From: Plasmodiophora brassicae
Taxonomy: Eukaryota
Direction: 5' to 3'
DNA length: 64,000 bases
NCBI GenBank assembly: GCA_036867785.1
Contig: CP145409.1
Location: forward strand, 806,001 to 870,000
Below, one piece after another: positions 58,959-64,000 of the stretch (its first letter is position 1; every line of letters starts with the position of its first letter). The position numbers were made by a program, and so were the translations under genes. Below the pieces are notes generated by a model, which was not told the DNA's origin, did not search any database, and worked only from the letters and a program-made list of their open reading frames with translations.

Positions 58959-59396
58959 AGTGCGCGCTTGAAATCCATTTCCAGAATCTCCTGAACGGAC
59001 TCAATAAATCCATGCTCAGTCGCGCTTACGTCGTCCTTATACGATGCACGTCTTGACCTGGATGCTGTCGTTGGCAATCCCCGGTCCTCTCAGTCGATAA
59101 ACCCAAACGATGCAAGTGCACCTCAAACTAGAGCCTCAGACCGGCAGGGCTCCACAGAGCTGACGACACATTCACGTCATCATTGGCATCGTACCTGCCG
59201 TCGTTCCGAATCGCACAGAGCTCGGCCAACAGAGTAAATTGGGCGGCAGGTTTGAGAACGGGCACGCAGCAGCCGAGCCATTAACTGTCGTGGTCCCAGG
59301 TACGGTCGCTGCTGTGGCAACCACGCGATAAGGGATCGTCGGGTACGCCTGATGAGAGCAGCAACCATTCCGTTTGCAGCGCGCGTCGACGCGAGG

Positions 59397-60926
59397 ATGG
59401 GCGTGATCGCGCTATCGCACCTGGCCCCGTTCTCGTATATCAACCGCGGCACGTTGAACTTCCTCGCTCTGGCTTGGACCGTGATGCACATCCTTAGTAC
59501 GACTAAGGGGTTCAGCAAGATCAACCTGTTCAGCTCCAAGTACCGCAACATCCGCTCGTGCATCGCCTGGCTCACGATTCTGGCCCTGATCTTCTGCCTG
59601 ATTTACGACATCATGAACACCTACGTCAAGTACCGGGAAGGTGATTCGTAGCTCGCCTCTACCTTGCGGTACGTTAACCTGCGTGTGCATAGGCTTTCTG
59701 ATTACGAGTAGGCTCCCGAATGGCAACGTGTTTGTCAAGCCGTTAGTCGCCGTATACCGCTATACTAGATTGCTTTTAAACAAGTGTGCAGGGCAGTGCC
59801 AACTCAGTGGTCCGCTGGAGACCTGGCGCTACTCCCAGCGATGACTGAACTGGTACAACTGGGGAACCCTTTGACAGGCGTCGACTGACTTGTCCGTATC
59901 AGTTGAACCTGGCCTTTACGGCGAAGAGCAGTGCCCACTTCCTGGGCCTGGCGTTCTGGTCGACAATGGCTAAGAAGAATTTCGGTAGCAGTGTGTTGAA
60001 TTTGAGCGAACATATGACCGAGGACATTGGCGGTAGGCACAACGTTCGGGTCGAGCAGCGAATTCGTGGCCTACAAGGCCTACTCAGTGATTTCCATTAT
60101 TCTGTACCCGATTGCAGAGTTCACCGCCCCAACCGAGACTCTGTTTGCCAATAACGCTCCCAGCCACGTCGAGCGAGGGAGTCTGACTGATCAAACGGCA
60201 GGTCCATCATTGAGCCCCAGCTGGTGTACGCCTGCGAGAATGTCGTCGTTATGATCCTCATCCTCGCCGTCAACCACCGTCTGGTTGCCCTTCTGGTCAG
60301 TAATGCACATCTGAGTGGCTTTGGTCGTGACGGGCCGTCCTGATGGTGCAGAGATCGTCGTCATTGTCGTTTGACATCCAGAACCGGATGAAGTTCTACA
60401 TTGCGGTGAACCGCGCCCAGTTCTTCTTCGTCCTGCTCGAGTTCCTCGGCCTGGGCAGCATCAACATTGACCAGGCCAGCAAGTCCAACCTGCTGTACGC
60501 CAGCCCATTCTGGACCGACTTCGTACGCATTCGCTCTGCAACGTATTGTTATTGTTCTGCGCGCTGACATTTCGATGTGTCCAGTGCACCCACTTCTTCG
60601 ACATCGGTCAGTGGCGTAAATGGATCCGCTTCGAACGGCTGCGTTCAAAGCTGCGCTGCTGTATAGGGTTCCCCATGGCGTGCGTCACGTTGATCATCGC
60701 CATCTTCCCGAATTTCCATGACCGTCACCAGCAACAGGGTAGCCGTGGCACACAGGACACGCGCGCCGGGACGCGCACCATTGGGCAGTCGGGGCAGACG
60801 ACAAAGAAAGAGGGAAACGGCGTGCTGGTGCCCAGCGGCAGCGTCCCTGCTGCTGGAGCGGTCTGTCCTTCGTTACCGGAGGACAGCGAGGAGCCAGCGA
60901 CCCCAGGGCCTGCCGATGCTATCTGA
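59397..60926 (+). CDS. Uncharacterised multi-pass (about 7TM) membrane protein, paralog 2
   Basis: Same exon-intron layout as 57446-58958; different C-terminal tail. Confidence 0.85.
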
Positions 60927-61286
60927 ACAACGGGTCTGCCAGCTCACTGCGTTTGTGGGACGAGGCCAATAAACTGGGCCGTCCGCCTGATGTTTCGTTC
61001 ACCCCATGCCGGCGCGCCACACGAAGCGGGGAGGGTGCCCATGACCGTTCGAGGAGCGTATGCCGTTGCGGTCGTCGTGAGGATCGTCATACCAGCAGGG
61101 TACCCCGACCTTGCTCAGTACGGCCACCTTCACGGAATATGTCTCGTCAGGGATGGTCGACCCCACAAGAGTGTATCGACGGTCGGCAGCGGTGATGCAG
61201 CACCACGTTCCAGTAGGACTGTGCAGATTCGAGGATTGATCAGAATGTGATAGGACTGCCGATGTATACCGGTTGGCGCAACGTAT

Positions 61287-62414
61287 TCAACGTTTATATT
61301 GAGCATCGCAACACTGTATCGACGAGACGACCATGGCCAGCACGCCGTTGCTGCTGGATGGCGGACAATCGGGAAGACGGCTGAACGTTTCTCGGCACGT
61401 CTGGACGAACTCGATGTCGGAATCGATCATCGATAACGTAGCAGCATATGTGGCGCGAATCCTGCTAGCCTGTTCCTTCTTCTGCTCGATCGACCACTGG
61501 ACGATACGTTGCTGGGTTGGTCGGAAGACCCGCTCCCTACGCGTCGTGCATCCAGCGCCAATGGCGGGCATCCTGTTTTCAGGCAAGTTACGAATATGAT
61601 GCAACTGAGCCACTGTCCGCGTGCGTCTCGCTCGGAAACGACCTAGGAGCGATTCGGCCGCCTGCAAGACGGCGGGCCTGGCGTGGACACACGAAGCAAA
61701 TGCAACGCCGAGATTACACGCGATCTGATTGACGCTGGTGAGCCCCTCGAGATTCACATGTGTCGTTGGGAGCGCAATGGCCGGGCCCTGAAACGCGTCG
61801 TGATGTGTCGACAGAGAGCCAGCTTGCCGGTGGTCAAAGGCGTAGGCGCTCGTGATCACTGCGGTCTCAGGTACAGACGTGGTCAGGATGCGATCAAGCA
61901 GAAAGATGCACCGGAGCAGAGCGCCAAGTGAATCCAGGAAGAGAACGGTCGGCTTGACGTGTGCGGTCGCCTTTGCGGCGAGGGTCGTAATAGAGTCACT
62001 GATGACCTTCAGAACGTAGAGGTGTGCAATCCGGGATTGAACGTCGGCGACGTTCAGCACCGGTGTTGCAAGGGCGTCCAGTTCGCTTTCGACATCGTTG
62101 ACAGCGTCCCAGACCTTCTCGTGGTCAAACGCGAATTCGTTGGCGTCGACGGCAGTGGCGACCGACAGGAGGTCCATCGACACCTGATACAATGAATCGT
62201 ACATGTCCCCACGAGGGCTCTGCCGGATCGCGCCGACCACCTCTCTGTCCGGCGTGTCGCTCGCGTTTCCAGACGCGTTGATCCACCACTGGACACGTGC
62301 ATGTGCTTCACGAATTCGATCGGCGACTGGCGCGCCCGCCAGGGACCATGGCTGAAAATGGGCCCTGCACGAGCCGATTACTGCCAGGGCCAGCAGCTGG
62401 GCGACGAACAGCAT
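61287..62414 (-). CDS. Secreted helical orphan protein (effector candidate)
   Basis: ATG 62414 begins MLFVAQLLALAVIGSCRA (signal peptide); 375-aa open frame, apparently intronless. Confidence 0.75.
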   Translation of the reverse strand: MLFVAQLLALAVIGSCRAHFQPWSLAGAPVADRIREAHARVQWWINASGNASDTPDREVVGAIRQSPRGDMYDSLYQVSMDLLSVATAVDANEFAFDHEKVWDAVNDVESELDALATPVLNVADVQSRIAHLYVLKVISDSITTLAAKATAHVKPTVLFLDSLGALLRCIFLLDRILTTSVPETAVITSAYAFDHRQAGSLSTHHDAFQGPAIALPTTHVNLEGLTSVNQIACNLGVAFASCVHARPAVLQAAESLLGRFRARRTRTVAQLHHIRNLPENRMPAIGAGCTTRRERVFRPTQQRIVQWSIEQKKEQASRIRATYAATLSMIDSDIEFVQTCRETFSRLPDCPPSSSNGVLAMVVSSIQCCDAQYKR

Positions 62415-62654
62415 CGCGAGTTTGCCGCGCCTGACGGGTGACTCGCAGATCAGAGCCGAACCTGGGTTTGTACGACTCCGTACGGGGCCGACCCGAGGTC
62501 TCCGTCGACACCGGTCGTCGTTTCGCATCGGGATACCTACACCAATCGCGCTGGCGGACCGTTCACATAAACAGCATTTTACAGATTCGGGAAACGTGCA
62601 GCGTTGGTCAACGCCAGTTGCTTGACGTTGACGGAGCCAATTGCTTGACGTGAT

Positions 62655-63050
62655 GTGAGGCGCACGCCAAGGATGGAACGGACCAGTTGGGCATGAGGCT
62701 GGCACACACTTGCCGTGGAGGGCGCAGCGGTTGGCGTCCTCGAACAAGGAGATGAGTGCGCCTGGGGCACTTCCTGCAAGGCCACCACGGCCGTGTCCTT
62801 GGAAACGCAGGTCAGGCTAGAAGTTCCGGGAGATCTCGCCAACCAGGCGTCGCCGGGACGGCATGGATCAGGAAGCGATTCGAGGCCGTCGAGCGGCGTA
62901 TCGTCGCACCAGCCGCCATAGAAACCTTGTTGCGTATCAGGGACAGGGTGGACCTCCCCCACAGTCGTCAGGCACGCTGCCTGGGTGCCGTTGCTCCTGG
63001 CATGAACACCGTCTGTTCGCGTGATCCGTGTCGGCCTGGGCGTTGGCCGT
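62655..63050 (-). pseudogene. Degenerate histone H3 pseudogene
   Basis: Fragments in shifting frames: IRRSTASNRFLIHAVP, RRLVGEISRNF*PDLRFQ, AVVALQE, LISLFEDANRCALHGKCV; TAG at 62817-62819 plus frameshifts. Confidence 0.85.
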
Positions 63051-63169
63051 TTCGTTGAAATCCGTCAGCACGATGTTGATCGTATTCATTACCTGGAACG
63101 GCTTCGAACCAATATTGCTCTGAAGAGGTCTCAGATGCCCTGGAGCGGGCGCTGCACTGATGCGGGCAT

Positions 63170-63930
63170 TGATATGTCCCGTACCGCGAATGTACCCTTG
63201 AACATGTCCTGCACAGGGTAGATTGGGGCACATTACGATATATGTACGGTTGATTACGAGCAATGGCAACGTATCTGATAAACCGTTAGACACCGACAGG
63301 TTATGCCCTCTTTGGTTCGTCAGCCTCGCACGAGTCCGCAGTTGGGGACCAATCGGTAGTCCCGACCATGACCAGGCTGGTAGTAATGGATGGACGCGCC
63401 GCGGTACAATGGCCATCCGGGTCGATCAACACTCGACCTATGACATTGTAAGCCCCTTGTTCGATGAACATGAACGAGGCACGGTGTGTCGGTCGGGGGT
63501 CTGCCTTTTACAGATTGTGTCAAGCTGCGGCATGGTTTCCCATGGCATGCGGCAACATTGCCCTTCTTCCCGAGCTTCCATGGCGGTCATCAGCAACAGG
63601 ATAGCCGAGGCACTCAAGGCACACACGGGCTGGGACGCGCACCGTTGGGCAGTCGGAGCAGATGAACGGCACGCCAGGTGCTCAGCGGCAGCAACCTGGT
63701 TGGAGCGGTACGGTCTGTCCGTCGTTACCGGACCACAGCGCGAGCCGACGAACACAGTGCCTGGCGATGTTGTCTGACCCACGAATCTACCATCAGCCTG
63801 CCGTTTCGTTCACTCCCTGCCCGCCAACCAGACGAAGCGCGAGGGGTCCACGCCCGGCCGTCCGGGGCGAGTGTACCGTTGGGGTCATCGTGAGGCTCAT
63901 ATTACCCGCCACATTGCTTAGTACGGTCCG
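63170..63930 (+). pseudogene. Decayed third copy of the tandem multi-pass membrane gene plus its 3' flank
   Basis: tgattacgag..aatggcaacgt..aaccgttag (63251-63289) matches 59700-59746; 63534-63777 matches the last exon 60667-60926 with frameshifts; 63800-63930 matches 60990-61125. Confidence 0.85.
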
Positions 63931-64000
63931 CTCGAGCGCCGACAATCCTTAACGAGGCACACTAGAGGCTCGAAGGCGTCTCGGGATCGTGGGCGTACGC

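Noticed and set aside
62415-62747. H3-fragment N-terminal extension of the 486-aa ORF as a real fusion protein
   Set aside because: It begins at TTG, the linker looks non-coding, and a clean signal peptide starts at ATG 62414
1-64000. CRISPR arrays, rRNA, tRNA, autonomous transposons
   Set aside because: None recognised; the DNA is eukaryotic, and no repeat-spacer array, cloverleaf, transposase or RT motif was seen by eye

Overview
Gene-dense eukaryotic nuclear DNA: GC-rich, GT-AG introns of about 50-60 nt, and often only 70-300 bp between genes. Compact introns, flagellar genes, a mitochondrial HslU, a 7TM-RGS gene and intronless secreted orphans together suggest a plasmodiophorid/phytomyxid protist such as Plasmodiophora (inference). 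About 35 protein genes can be read, including peptidase S28, TM9SF, EFCAB11, CFAP418, a Slo/BK-type K+ channel, Piezo, FIG4, NIPA, kinesin-8, a tristetraprolin-like CCCH protein, FSH1, DnaJ, eIF4G, a TBC GAP, dynein intermediate chain, HslU, WDR83 and two tandem multi-pass membrane paralogs. The most unusual non-gene signals are three. (1) A ~500 bp non-coding insertion at 11605-12107 with a 10 bp target-site duplication, a (TAAAC)5 tail and an extensively nested, base-paired body: a candidate new structured-RNA retroposon. (2) A bulge-free ~41 bp pre-miRNA-like hairpin at 40833-40946. (3) A decaying duplicated region at the right end, holding a histone H3 pseudogene, a third degraded paralog and an intronless secreted protein. 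Notable proteins are a signal-peptide plus CxH-x6-CxxC repeat protein, a pseudo-receiver/FAM227 fusion, an HslU with a GVYG pore loop, and a 56-aa KAERVLG-repeat microprotein. Family calls come from motif recognition by eye. Exon boundaries were inferred manually, and CDS coordinates are gene spans including introns.
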